Part shown: piece by piece, positions 27,028 through 39,082 of the stretch | Layout: every line of letters starts with the position of its first letter | Numbering within the stretch: position 1 is the stretch's first letter | Assembly: GCF_000150275.1 (NCBI RefSeq) | Contig: NW_002060953.1 | Coordinates: forward strand, 1,337,693-1,401,692 | DNA: 64,000 nt | Origin: Trichoplax adhaerens | Lineage: Eukaryota; Animalia; Placozoa | Direction: 5' to 3' | Translations under genes and position numbers: made by a program | Notes under the pieces: generated by a model | What the model was told of the DNA's origin: nothing | Database searches by the model: none | Seen by the model: the letters and a program-made list of their open reading frames with translations, nothing else

Positions 27028-27611
27028 GTTAGTCTAGTTTGATGTTTTTGGAATAAATAATTACAGTCTATATTTGGTGTCAATATGTTCCGGCCAGCCT
27101 GTCCAATCAGTAATCTTACTCATTGACTATCCCATCGTAATACTAGACCTTTGTGCCGTTGCTGACTCAAAATTTCAACGCTTACCTTGATTTATTCATA
27201 TATCGTCCAATTTTACTTAATGCATAGCAAGTATAATTATTAAACACGGATATGGGAGATCTATGATCTTCGACCTAAGAAACGGTTTCGCTGACAAATT
27301 GTATCAATTGTAGCATATTATATATTCGTTTTCTACCCAGCTTAGAGCTCCTTTACTAGTATTAAAATTTCTAATCAGCAATGTTATTTAAATTAGAAGT
27401 ATAATTTACTTTTTTTCATGACGATAATATTGTCACACTAATTTTTGCATCTTGTTCTAAATGACATCTTATTAACAAATAATTTGCTTACAATATATGA
27501 TTTTAAAATACTACTATCATTTTATATATTAATTGTGATAGTTATTATATCATGATAAGCGTTATTATGATATTTTTGATAGCACACGAACAGTTTTATA
27601 ATTTGATTGTT

Positions 27612-28785
27612 TGTTGCAAAAGTAGTCTTCGTGACGTATACTTTATTTCTATGTTACGTTCTATATATTTGTAATATCGTTTCCACAGTAATTTTAGTCC
27701 ACAGAGGAATCCAGTACTATAAAAGCTTTTTATTACAAGGTTCTAAAGAATAGTACAGCAATAATTAATTACTCACAAGAATCTAGTCTAAAGTAATCTG
27801 AGCTCAATTAGATATCAAATCTTTTCTCCCCCTTTACGCTCAGATTTGTACACCTTATATACTTTTCTCTGAATCTATTTAAGGCAATAACATCGTCTAC
27901 AATCAGACATGAATCATCACTACATTTTACAGTATTAATCAAACTGCTTACAATATTATTACTTTACCATTAATGTCCAACACCGTAAGGTATTGGGCAT
28001 CTTTACAATCTTAGTATTTCAAGTCGTATAACGTCCTGTACCATAATTAGTTAACAGCTATATTAGTGAATAACACTTTCTAATATAGTAGTTACCAGTC
28101 ACCTAAATCTAGCAGCACAAGAATATCTATTTTTAGAAACTTAACTATTCTAAATATAGTACACAACACAATCAAATATAGCTATCGCTACAAGCAAATA
28201 TAGGGTGCATCACTACAATATTCTTATATCTTAAAATTGTTTTACGGTCTCCTTAATTGTAATTTAACTGGTTAAGAGTTGATATCCTTAATTTATGATT
28301 AAATAGACTAAAACATTAATAGCCTACCAGCTAAACTGGACTATATCTATCACCTCCAAGTTGTTAAGGTTCAAAGTACAATTCGTTAGTTTAGAGGAAA
28401 TATTTTAGTGGGATAACTTTATATATATCTGTTAAACTATTAATAAGCATTGATTGTTTTAAAACTGTTACTGTAAATTTAATAGGATTAGACTGTATTT
28501 AATCTGTATAGATAGAATCTCTTTAAAGCATTAATTTAGTTAATTTCTAAGAGACAAGGTGACTTGAGTAGCTGAACCCCCTTTAGGTCCGAAACTTATA
28601 TAAACGGCAAGTTCGCCGACAATAAATTAGATCGTGATTTTTTATTAAGTCTTGAAGGTCTCCCTATCTTAAACCCTACCTACCTTGGAATATCAATTGT
28701 TTGGTGTTCCAAATAACAGTAGTAAAAGGTAGAAATCACTATCTCAATCCTTGTTGCACGTCAGGGCTACTTCTAGCTCGTAACA
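27612..28785 (+). mobile_element. Family G solo LTR split by a nested family H LTR (left boundary approximate)
   Basis: 27640-27669 plus 28223-28785 align to 32119-32724. Ends CTAGCTCGTAACA, with TATATAAA at ~28597 and AATAAA at 28621. Confidence 0.75.
27670..28217 (-). mobile_element. Family H solo LTR (548 bp) nested in family G
   Basis: TGTAAT...ACTACA with perfect TSD ATATT (27665-27669, 28218-28222). Minus-strand TATATAA (~27855) precedes minus-strand AATAAA (~27729). Confidence 0.83.
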
Positions 28786-29871
28786 ATACTTAACTTTTAT
28801 TTTAAATTACTCATATTCCCTGTGCATGCTTTAACTTTTTTTCCTTTGCTTTAATTAATGCAGTAATTTGAAAGTTGATATCACGCGACCATATCACTGC
28901 TACAGGGGGTAACTAATCCAATAGAACATCATTTTGCACAACGCAGGTAATTTTTATCTAAAAGAATAGGTACGTTGCAAGTTTTCCTTGTGAAGTATTT
29001 TATTTATTTGTGAAAAGGTAAGCGTTTTGAAAATAAAACCAACCCGTATAGCCTGCAATTCATCTACACTATATCGCCATGAATTTCACCTTAGATCGAT
29101 CAATTTTCTCTGCATTCTAAAACCGTAATAGTTTAAAGATAATAGTCAACTCTGACATTTTATTAATAGATTATCAACAATTGCCTTTGATCAACGTATA
29201 TAATGAACTTCGATAAAATGTTAGCAGCTGTCAGCATATATTATAATTAAATTGTAAATTTTCCGTCCAAATGAATGGGTATATATGCTGCACAAAGCAA
29301 AACTTAAAAAGGAAATTTCTAGCCTGGTTATTTCGTATTACAATATGTGACACGGATAAAATTTGACCCCGGCTAATATGCACAATAGCCAGCTAAAGCC
29401 CGAATTAAGGCAAAAGTATTAGAACTTCTAGAAAGTGTACTTCTGGATCAAGTCTATAGAATTAATGCCTCATCATTCGTATAAAATATCTATGTTATGA
29501 ATCATCTGAAACGTATGTATGTTTATGCATATAATAATGCTATATCGACACTTTATTACGTAGTGCTGGAGCATTAGACATTAGCATGAAGCTTATTATG
29601 AAGCGAATTCTTGTAAACTTCAAATTTCGATATCCAATTTTTTTAAGATTGTGATACGAAAATTGAATTTTATAGCATTTCTCAATACTCTTATATTTTT
29701 GGATTAGATTTTTAAAATTCGATTGAAATTGATAAACCTTATGACGTTAAAATATAAAGCTCAAAAATACCGTAATTATACCGTATATTAATCCCGTTTT
29801 GAAATATTTGTAGCAACAGATTTTGTTAAAAATTCTAACAATAACTTACGGAACAGTATACTGTTAGTACC

Positions 29872-30484
29872 TGTTACGGAGCCATGCTCCGAAATATTAA
29901 TTGCTATGTTAATTAAAATATCTCATTTAAATTGTTGTTTGCTCCAGTAACTTATTAGATATTAATGTTTATTAATAAGTACTTGCTATTGCCAAGGTAT
30001 CAGAAAGTTCATTATTGTTGACGTGTCGGAGCTAACACGCTTAGTCAGTAAACGTTAATTAATAACACCTTAAGTGTAAGGTCTAATTACTTTGCAATAC
30101 CGTAAGGCTTTACTTGCTACAATAGGATATATATATACTGCACAGTGTAAGTCGCTATGTCAAGAATATTCACAAGTGCACCATCGGCGTTGGCCGAGAC
30201 TATAAAAAGCCGAGCACTAGCTTAGCTGTTCAGTTCCAGTTAGTCACTTGCGAGATCTTTTGACCATTATTGCTGAGAATGTTCTTACGTTTTCTTTAGT
30301 ACATTTTAAAACTAAGTTTAACGAAAAAAAAGTGCAGTATTTAAACCTATTACTCATTAGTAGCTTATTTGTATAGCTGAAAGTTAGTTCAACTACAATA
30401 GGTCCCTAAGTTAGTTGGGAACACGAGTACTAGTGAAGATAGTGTTAAAGACACGGTTTCTTGTTACAAAGGAGATTTGTAACA
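29872..30484 (+). mobile_element. Family I solo LTR (613 bp)
   Basis: TGTTAC...GTAACA with perfect TSD GTACC (29867-29871, 30485-30489) and TATAAAAA at ~30200. Confidence 0.85.
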
Positions 30485-32118
30485 GTACCGTACTGTACAG
30501 ATCAATACAGGGACAACTCGACTTGAGCACGTGAGCTGGTTCAGTACACTTTATTGCGTAGTGCTAAAACAAACAATTGCATAATTATACATAATATGAA
30601 TAGGATCAGAAAGTCACTAAGGCAATTTATCATAAACAGTAGGCTTTGAGACGGTATAAGGCAATTACTTAATACCCATTCTGTGCAACTTTAATTAAAA
30701 ACCGAATTAAGGGCGTCTCTATATTTTAATGTTAATATAATTTTTATCCCTTTTTATACTCAGTATAAAGATAAACTATTAAGTATTTATTGTTCTATAT
30801 AATTTTTAATAGAACAATAATTTAGCAAATTATCTACTTAGATATTCAAACAGTAGATGTTGCAATTGACACTATAAACGAAATTATCATTCGTGTTACT
30901 TCCGTTATCAGACGAATTAAAATAGGAATTTTAATAATGTTATGTGTCATGATCCAACATTGAGATAAAAAAAGTTAGTAATAACTTTGATACAAAGTCA
31001 GCACTATCGGTCAGCAACAATGTTTCAATTGAACAAAAATAGATCTCAACTATATAGAAAATACAATATGCGCACATTTATAGGTTAATTTGGCTGTCGC
31101 TGTTCATAAGTTTGGGTTTAAAACCTACTGAGCATGTAATTAAGTTCTTAAACTTAATCCTATTTTTATTAATTTTTTTCTCGAAATATTATTCGTGATT
31201 TTGGTATCAATCTTGTAGCAAAGCAACATCCATTATATTGAATATATTTGACAGCAGTAATTATGTAATAACGTGTGTATGTTCTTTAATTTTTAAGATA
31301 AACAAATTTTCTATGTTAGAAAATCTCTTCCTAAATACATATTATTTTCTAAGTTATAAAATTTATTATTTATGATACCAACGATATTGTAATTAAAGTG
31401 TATTTGCATTGTCCTTATATCAAAATGTCTAGCAAGATTTCTCAATTGTAATATGTTTATTTAGGATTTTGTAATAGTATAAAAATGCTTAAAATTATAA
31501 TATAGTTTCTTTTAAAGTCCTTATTTCTTAAATTAATCAACATCATTTACCGTATTTTCTATGACGATAAATTATATAATGCCATTAATATTTCATACTA
31601 AAATATTCATGGCAATAATTTAATGGCTACTATTAATCATTTATCTTAAATGGATAATAATATTTCACACGGCCACAACTGGCTGATAATTATGTATTCA
31701 CCATATCAGTATTCCAGATTGAAAACTACTGCATTAAATTTAAATGTGCTTTGTGACTGTTCTAACTTTCTTTTTGCTAATTCTTTAGGTATTTACCAAG
31801 ACACCTATATAATAGATCATTCAATTACTAAACATGAATAAAAGTAACTGTATCCTTTAATGCGGTACTATTGGCATAAGTATGCTAGCTCGCACAGGAG
31901 AGAAAAATCGCATCTGTTAGAAATGATAAATAATATTAATCTTATAAAATTTATGGAATTTATATTAACTAAGTTAGAACTATTAAACTCTGCTACCATA
32001 TCGAGATACATACTTCCTATATCTTGCTAAGCAATGAACGTACAAATGCTACCTTTATGATTAGAATTAAAATGGAAGACCCAAACAATCCAAATATAGA
32101 CAATGCCTAGTAATAGGG

Positions 32119-32724
32119 TGTCATGAAACTTGTTGTTTGAACGTTATTTCTATTACGTTCTGTGTATGTTTATATCTTAGAAATTTTACGGTTTCCTCAA
32201 TTGTAACTTTAGTTGCTAACACTTGATGTATTAGCAATCCTCAATTTAGGATTAGATAGACTAAAATAGTAATTGCCAACTAGTTTAACTAGATTGTATC
32301 TTTTCCAATGATGTTGAAGTTGAAGTGCAATATCTAAATTTCAATAGGATACCCTAATATGTGTTTGTTAAACTAATATCGAGAATTTATTAATCTAATG
32401 CCGATACAACATATTTAATAGGGCTAGCCTATAATTTAATTTGTACAGATAAAATTTCTTAAGAATATTAATTTGATTTATTTCTAATAGATGAAGTGAC
32501 TTGTGTAGTTAAATCAGTTTTAGTTACCGAAACTCATATAAGCAGCGACTTCGCCGATAAAAAAATTAGATTGTAATTTTCTAGAAAGTTTGGAGATCTC
32601 ACGATGTTAAATCCTACCTGCCTAGGAATACTAACTAACTGTTACTTCATATAACAGTTGTATAGGTTAGAAAACTACCGTTCAAACCTAGTTGAAAGTT
32701 GGGGGCTATTCCTAGCTCATAACA
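32119..32724 (+). mobile_element. Family G solo LTR
   Basis: Inverted termini TGTCATGA...TCATAACA, homology to 28223-28785, flanks TAGGG/TAGCA (3/5). Confidence 0.78.
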
Positions 32725-33695
32725 TAGCAATGGCATAAATATTCATTATTAATCAAAGATTTAAACTTAAAACGTAATTACGCTTTTAATTTTCGTATGT
32801 ATGATTAACCATTTTTGGAACTTAAAATTAAAAAAATTCTAAGTATGTATAAGTACATCAATTTACCGTTAACCACTAGTTTGGTAGTCCTACAGCGAAA
32901 ATGTCTGCAATAAGAGTATACGAATCACCATTAATGTTTTAATTTTGCTATCGAATGTAACTAGATAAAGGCAACGCAGGTTAAAATTATTGAATATTTT
33001 ATTACTGCGAGTGAATCAGTGGCTAACGCCCAACACTAGCATAATCGTAACTTTTATTAAATTTATTTTTAAATATTTGTGCAACTAAATTCTAGATCTA
33101 ACTTACATTTGTAATGAGATCCACACTTTTTCAGATAAATTATAATAGCGCTAATGGTAAAATATTGATATCAATAAAGGGTGTGATAAGGTAAGAGGCA
33201 CTTACAAGTTCATACAACGGCAATGAACTTGTACTTTTGCATTCGAAAAATAATTTTAAGCTTAGTTAGGAGCCTTAATTAAACAGTTTTCGGTATAGGC
33301 ACAATAGTATGAAAACGCATAGTTTCCGATAGTTGAGCAATATATACTTAAATTTTTCTTTGATACTATTTAATAACATGCTTAAAATCAAATATTTTTT
33401 TAGCAATGTATGAGATACGGAAATTAAACATTATTATATCATAGAAGTTAAGGAAGAACTGAATGATACAGCATATTATATTTGTTAAGTCATTGAGTTT
33501 GTAGCACTACAAAAATATAGCCTTTTTATTCATAGTACACACTTTTGGAATATAATTTACTATAAATTATTTAAGAAGTTAATTCAGGTATTAATTGCAA
33601 ATTATAGCATCAAAAACATTTAAATAACATTGCTATAATTTAGATTGCGTTATATTGCAACTGTCAAATATAATTTCCCTGAAAATTGATTCAAA

Positions 33696-34685
33696 ATGGC
33701 CAACAATACTACGAAAAACTCAACTGCAGATATTCTATGTTTGAGCGAATATAGTATACCAGAAAATTTATCGCTATGGATCACGGTGGGATCTTTAGCA
33801 ATTATCAATAATTTTATATTATTCTCTTCCTTAATATTTACGAAATCGGCCAAACGATCATCAAATATCATCATTACCAGTTCATTTTTTATTGGAATTT
33901 TATTTGGAGCTTTATATATTTTGCCACTATTTTCAACTGACTTTTTCATCAACATTCCCTTAATTTGCTCAATATTGCCAATCATAGGATTAGCCCTATT
34001 ATCAAATTATAATCTGCATCAGTGTTTAATTAGTGTAGATCGATATATTGCCGTTCGATGGCCTATAAAATATCGAGATATAAATAATAGAAAATTTTGC
34101 ATAGCTATCGTCCTGTTAATTTGGATTATTTCTTTCACCACTGCAGCGATACCAATCATGACTTTTCGGCAGCTAAGCCTTAATGAATGCATTTTAGGTT
34201 ACAATATTATCGATGAAGCTAATTTCTTTCTCGTATACCATTTGGTATTATTTATTGTACCGACGTCTATCATAGTTTATTGCTATTGTTACATTTATCA
34301 CTATATCTATAAGAAGAAACGTACGATATTTAGCCAAAAGGCATTTGTTCAAGTGACAGAAATTTCGAAACTACGCTCTAAAACTAATCAAGCAGCAATA
34401 CAAATGTCCATACTAGCTATAATCTTTATCGCAATGATATTTCCATTCTTAATTACATTTCAAGTAATGTTATTTAGCTTTCAAAATATTGATTCATTCT
34501 GCAGTTTACCAACTTGGTTTCGTAATTACTTTGCCGCTATCAGTCGCTATATTGCATTTTCCTATCCAGCAGTTAATCCATTACTCTATGGATACTTTCT
34601 AGATGCCATAAGAGAGGTCTTACATAGTCGGTATAAGTATTTAACTACATCAATAATGCATTCTACAAATACATCAAAAAGATAA
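33696..34685 (+). CDS. Intronless class A GPCR, 329 aa (paralog 5)
   Basis: ATG-started ORF with 7 TM segments, N-glycosylation sites, NYNLHQCLISVDRY, ECL2 Cys (LNEC) and YPAVNPLLY. Confidence 0.94.
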   Translation: MANNTTKNSTADILCLSEYSIPENLSLWITVGSLAIINNFILFSSLIFTKSAKRSSNIIITSSFFIGILFGALYILPLFSTDFFINIPLICSILPIIGLALLSNYNLHQCLISVDRYIAVRWPIKYRDINNRKFCIAIVLLIWIISFTTAAIPIMTFRQLSLNECILGYNIIDEANFFLVYHLVLFIVPTSIIVYCYCYIYHYIYKKKRTIFSQKAFVQVTEISKLRSKTNQAAIQMSILAIIFIAMIFPFLITFQVMLFSFQNIDSFCSLPTWFRNYFAAISRYIAFSYPAVNPLLYGYFLDAIREVLHSRYKYLTTSIMHSTNTSKR

Positions 34686-34816
34686 TTAGATAAGAACTGA
34701 CATTATTTTGTTTTTGATTTTATCACATTATTCGCTCGTGAATATCAAATACGACAATAGTTCTTGCTTTGATAATTTACTCATTTTTTGCTGTACCAAC
34801 GGTAGATGTGTACCAT

Positions 34817-35446
34817 TGTGACAGTGTTGTATACTGCATTGGAGTAGAAATATCTATGCAAGGATAATTTTGTTAGTCTATCCTTATTTAGTTAACTTCT
34901 AATTTAGATATGCTTTGTTTTAATATAGCACTGCCTTTTTATGACAGTGACACATATATACATATACTGAAATTAATAGCTACATTAGGGAATGCGAATT
35001 ATCTAGTTACAGTCCGAATTATTGTGATTGTAACTTATTTATGGTATATTGTAAATTATCTTCGAAATATCCCGCGATAGGACATATCATAATTTGACTT
35101 TTCTGTATTAGTCATCAAATGTCTATGTTCGTAAATACTGTTGTCTGCATTAGGAAGCAGCAGCTGAAATTAATGACTAATTCAATGAATGATTCCAAAG
35201 TTAAATGTACTAACTATGACTCATGAACTATTGAGAAAGAGTATATAAACGCAATAAATCGTGTAATAAAGTTAATTCTTAAACTTAGGTTTAACGTAAA
35301 ATACGAGGCGTCTAAGTCTTTGTGTAGCCTGCTAGTAGAGCAAAAGTGTTTCTGATAGTGCAGATATCGTTCCTTGATACGTGGTTCAAGGAATTGACCT
35401 ATTGATCGTACATTACGTTATCTTATCGCAAAGCTGATTTGTGACA
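34817..35446 (+). mobile_element. Family B solo LTR, ~130 bp downstream of GPCR paralog 5
   Basis: TGTGACAG...TGTGACA, collinear with 51024-51655. TATATAAA at ~35243 is followed by AATAAA. Flanks ACCAT/GCCGT (3/5). Confidence 0.82.
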
Positions 35447-36674
35447 GCCGTTAAATAATTAACCATAATATATTTCTGTGAAAATTTTATTTTAGACTCG
35501 ATAAATGTCTTCATCTCCTTAAGTATTGACAGGATAAGCGTGTAATAGTTTTAAAAGAATGTTAGCTTTGACCATAATTGTCGTCTAACTAAATTTATGC
35601 CAATTGTAGTATAATTCATATTAGAACTTTCTTAAAAATTATAAGCCTTACTCTCTTCTAGTCTTGCTTGAGAAAATTTATCTTCCGATAATTTTTCTCA
35701 TCAAACTTATTGATTCTAAAACTATTTAGATTGGTATTAGGTACACGCTGTGTGAAATTATCTGATATTTTGTAAGTAGTTAATTCGTGAGGATAAACCA
35801 AGAAAATTTTTGGGCCATTAAGATTTCGGGCTTAAACCAATAGAATTAACCGACTGTTTAAAGCCAGATAGGCAATATTGTATTTGCTTACATCATATTT
35901 CATTAATCCTAAAAATCTTATTACATGCCTTCATATTGTTATATTTATGTTTCAAAATTGCTTACAGAATACAAAAATAAAAACAGACTTGGTAAAGGGC
36001 AGATCTCTGTTTCAAAATTTTTAACTTTAAAATATAGAAGGAAATGTTTTGTTTCTAGATACTGAGCTCCAAAGCAATCCTAATATTAGAATTTCTAAAC
36101 TTTAGACGTTCCAGAGATTAATATTAACATTAGTCATATATTTAAAATTGATCTTAATTAACCAAAGATAAACCTCATTAGTTATTAATTAACGTTAGCT
36201 TTAAGATTCTTCGATTTTACAGCAATTGAGATTTCTGATCGTGAATGAGTTTCAATAACTTACCAAGCGTAGAAATCGTTTTATCTTCATTGTTGCATCC
36301 CTTCATACTAGACGAAATACTGTAGATCTAATATAATTAAGCATCCTTTTGCATATCTATCAGAAAGCTGTCTATAACGTAATTTTTCTAGTAAAGCTTA
36401 CTACTAGTACACATCAATATCATATTAAACAAATACATTGGCGTGAACAGATATGAGCAATATCCTTTAAATCACTTGAGATGCATTATTTTATTCGAAT
36501 CAGACATTTGGTTTTAAATTATTTTCTAGCCGTTGCATTAGACTATAAGTAACGGTTTAGTGATCATTTTAAGGTTTATAGTATGTCAAACTAATAATTA
36601 ATTAACTTCTTTGGCCTGGTGTCATCAGTTCATGAATCTAGGTATCGAAAGTTCTTATAAAGGAGAAATCCTGA

Positions 36675-36724
36675 NNNNNNNNNNNNNNNNNNNNNNNNNN
36701 NNNNNNNNNNNNNNNNNNNNNNNN
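36675..36724. other. Assembly gap (50 N)
   Basis: Run of N. Confidence 1.
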
Positions 36725-37664
36725 GTCAATACTCGCGAATACTAAGCGGTACTAATGTCAGAAAAGTAGTCGTAGTAGTCATATAAATTTTTTTGATAAG
36801 CGATTACTGTGATCTTCATAAAAAGCGAATTTTTCCGGATTTGTGTCCGATATAGTTTTCGGATTCTGGGACCGATCGGGTTTGTGTCCGATATAATTTT
36901 CCTGTTTTGGAACCGGTCGGGTTTATTTTTAATTTATGTCTGAATTATAATTTTTCTGTTTTAATTTTTGGATTTTTGTTCATGAAAAATATCGTAAGAG
37001 TTGATTTTTGAGATTTGGACTTTTTGTTATGAATTTGAAACTTTGGAATTTTATGACGTGACTTGAAGTCACATTAGGAGATTTAGTGAGGAAAATAGAA
37101 AATAAGATGGAAATTGGCAGAGGTTGTGTTGATTGTTAGGTAGTTAGAATGTTGTTTTTATGACTAAATCTTGATGTTTAAAGGTTGATTTTTAGCTTTT
37201 TATAGTGTATTAATGATAGAAATTATGTTAGAAATGAAGTTTGATGTATTTTTATAGTTAGCTTATTACTTTTATAGTGTTTTGTAAGGGAATCGTAGGG
37301 TAAATTGTGTCTGAACTTTGAATGATTTTTGTTTTCTTAAATGGTGCAAAGTAGTTTTGTAAAACGGATCTTAAGAGCGATTGGTTAGCAAATGTTTAGT
37401 TTTAAATACCTCTGACGGCTCTACGAAGCCTATAAATGATAGTGCAATTAGAAAATTTAGGGGGAGAGTAGAAGAAGATTTTATTTGAAGAACTTGTTGA
37501 ATTTAAAAGGCCTTCGGGGTCGAATTGTCGTAAGTTAAAACGTTCTTCTTTTTGAAAGGTTGTTTGGTCGTTGACAGTTTTTAAGTCTGTCATTTATTTT
37601 AATAATACTTAAAGCTAAGTATTTGTAAGGTTGTTCGGTTTATACTTCTCTCCATTTTTGTTTT
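36725..37664 (-). mobile_element. Family D repeat, partial inverted copy filling a contig between two gaps
   Basis: Reverse complement matches ~700-1553 of copy 1. The internal TCCGA-rich unit is expanded at ~36835-36950. Confidence 0.85.
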
Positions 37665-37714
37665 NNNNNNNNNNNNNNNNNNNNNNNNNNNNNNNNNNNN
37701 NNNNNNNNNNNNNN
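37665..37714. other. Assembly gap (50 N)
   Basis: Run of N. Confidence 1.
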
Positions 37715-38220
37715 TTTTATGCGCTTGTGCTGATAATAGGATGGTAGAAATGAGATAAAAATAGAAGTTGTTAGCAGTTAATTTACTGTAGGTTTATAAG
37801 GTATGTTAATCTCTAAAAATTGAGCTGTATATGGATGAAGATTAAGCGTCTTAACACCTGATAGCTTGTAGCTATCTAAGTCTGAGAATATCGACATGTA
37901 TATTTAGTAATGGTATTATACTAATTAATATTAACTTGTAAAGCATGAATTCTCACTCGTTAATATTGGAATTCACTGTAGAAACCTATTTAAGCGCGTG
38001 TGTTTGTAGAATAAAGAAGGTAATTGCTCAAGAAACGGCAAGACTCATATCGTGAAGAATAGTGTAATAATTAGTCAGTTGTCTGTGGAGATCAGCCGAG
38101 AAATCGAGTTCTCAAATACTTCTCTCATAGAAACTGAAAGTACTGGGAGAAATAACCCAAGTTTTAAGTAACTACACTAGAGTTCTTTACTTTCCTTTGC
38201 CACAAGTGAGGGTTGTGACA
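37715..38220 (+). mobile_element. Family E LTR, 3' part (5' end lost in the gap)
   Basis: TATTTAA (~37987) then AATAAA (~38010). Ends TTGTGACA exactly where the duplicated unique sequence CTAGT... begins. Confidence 0.65.
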
Positions 38221-38749
38221 CTAGTGCATATCAATAACATCTTAGACAAATACATTGGCGTGAACAGATATGAGCAATATCCTTTAAATCACTTGAGATG
38301 CATTATTTTATTCGAATCATACATTTGGTTTTAAATTTTTTTCTAGCCGTTGCATTAGACTATAAGTAACGGTTTAGTTGGTCATTTTAAGGTTTATAGT
38401 ATGTCAAACTAATAATTAATTAACTTCTTTGGCCTGGTGTCATCAGTTCATGAATCTAGGCATCGAAAGTCCTTACTTATTAAAAGAGAAATCCTGAATT
38501 CATTTATGCTAAACTCATATAGAAATTGTAATGTCCTAATTTTATGTGATGCATTAATTTTTATTGCAACAGTACAAAATAAGTTAAAAATAAATGAGGC
38601 GCTATATTTATTCTTTCACCAGTTCAACAATGCTAAAAGATATTGTAATGGTATTCAAGAAAAACCAACTCTAAAATTCAAGAGTTTCCATTTCTTACAT
38701 TCCTAATGTTTTAGATAATACAGATATAACAGAGAATCAGTTCTTGCAG

Positions 38750-39082
38750 ATTTAAAGATAGGGCTACTATAGACATACCGTATTTGAATTATCTAGAATC
38801 ATTCAGTACATGTCTAAGATTCTAAATAATGTCTGTATTAATTTAGCTATCCAATTTGAACCAAATTTCATGAACTGTTATGACTCATACATGGGATAGC
38901 TGCTGCTGAAGGATGTTGAAGCTCGGCAGATAGTTGAATGAGGCAGAGTTCTATTGTTGTTTAACGTAGAAGCAAAGGTGTATAAATTTTTGTGAGGTAG
39001 TTAAGGGATACTGAATCCCGTAGATGATAGTATAGTGCAGATTTGTTTCACGTTAACTTTGTCGCGAAGCTGGTTTGTGACA
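38750..39082 (+). mobile_element. Family C LTR, 5'-truncated (left boundary approximate)
   Basis: AATTTAGCTATCCAAT...AGCTCGGCAGATAGTT...TTAAGGGATACTGAATCC matches 44780-44960. Ends TTTGTGACA. Confidence 0.8.

Larger units (their letters stand above)
36404..38497 (+). repeat. ~270-bp direct duplication (36404-36674 and 38221-38497) bracketing two assembly gaps
   Basis: Near-identical sequence CAAATACATTGGCGTGAACAGATATGAGC...GAGAAATCCTGA in both places. The first copy ends at a gap. Confidence 0.9.

Noticed and set aside
37402-37593. 63-aa ORF inside family D
   Set aside because: The ATG is not conserved (GTG in copy 1), there are indels among copies, and no recognisable domain.
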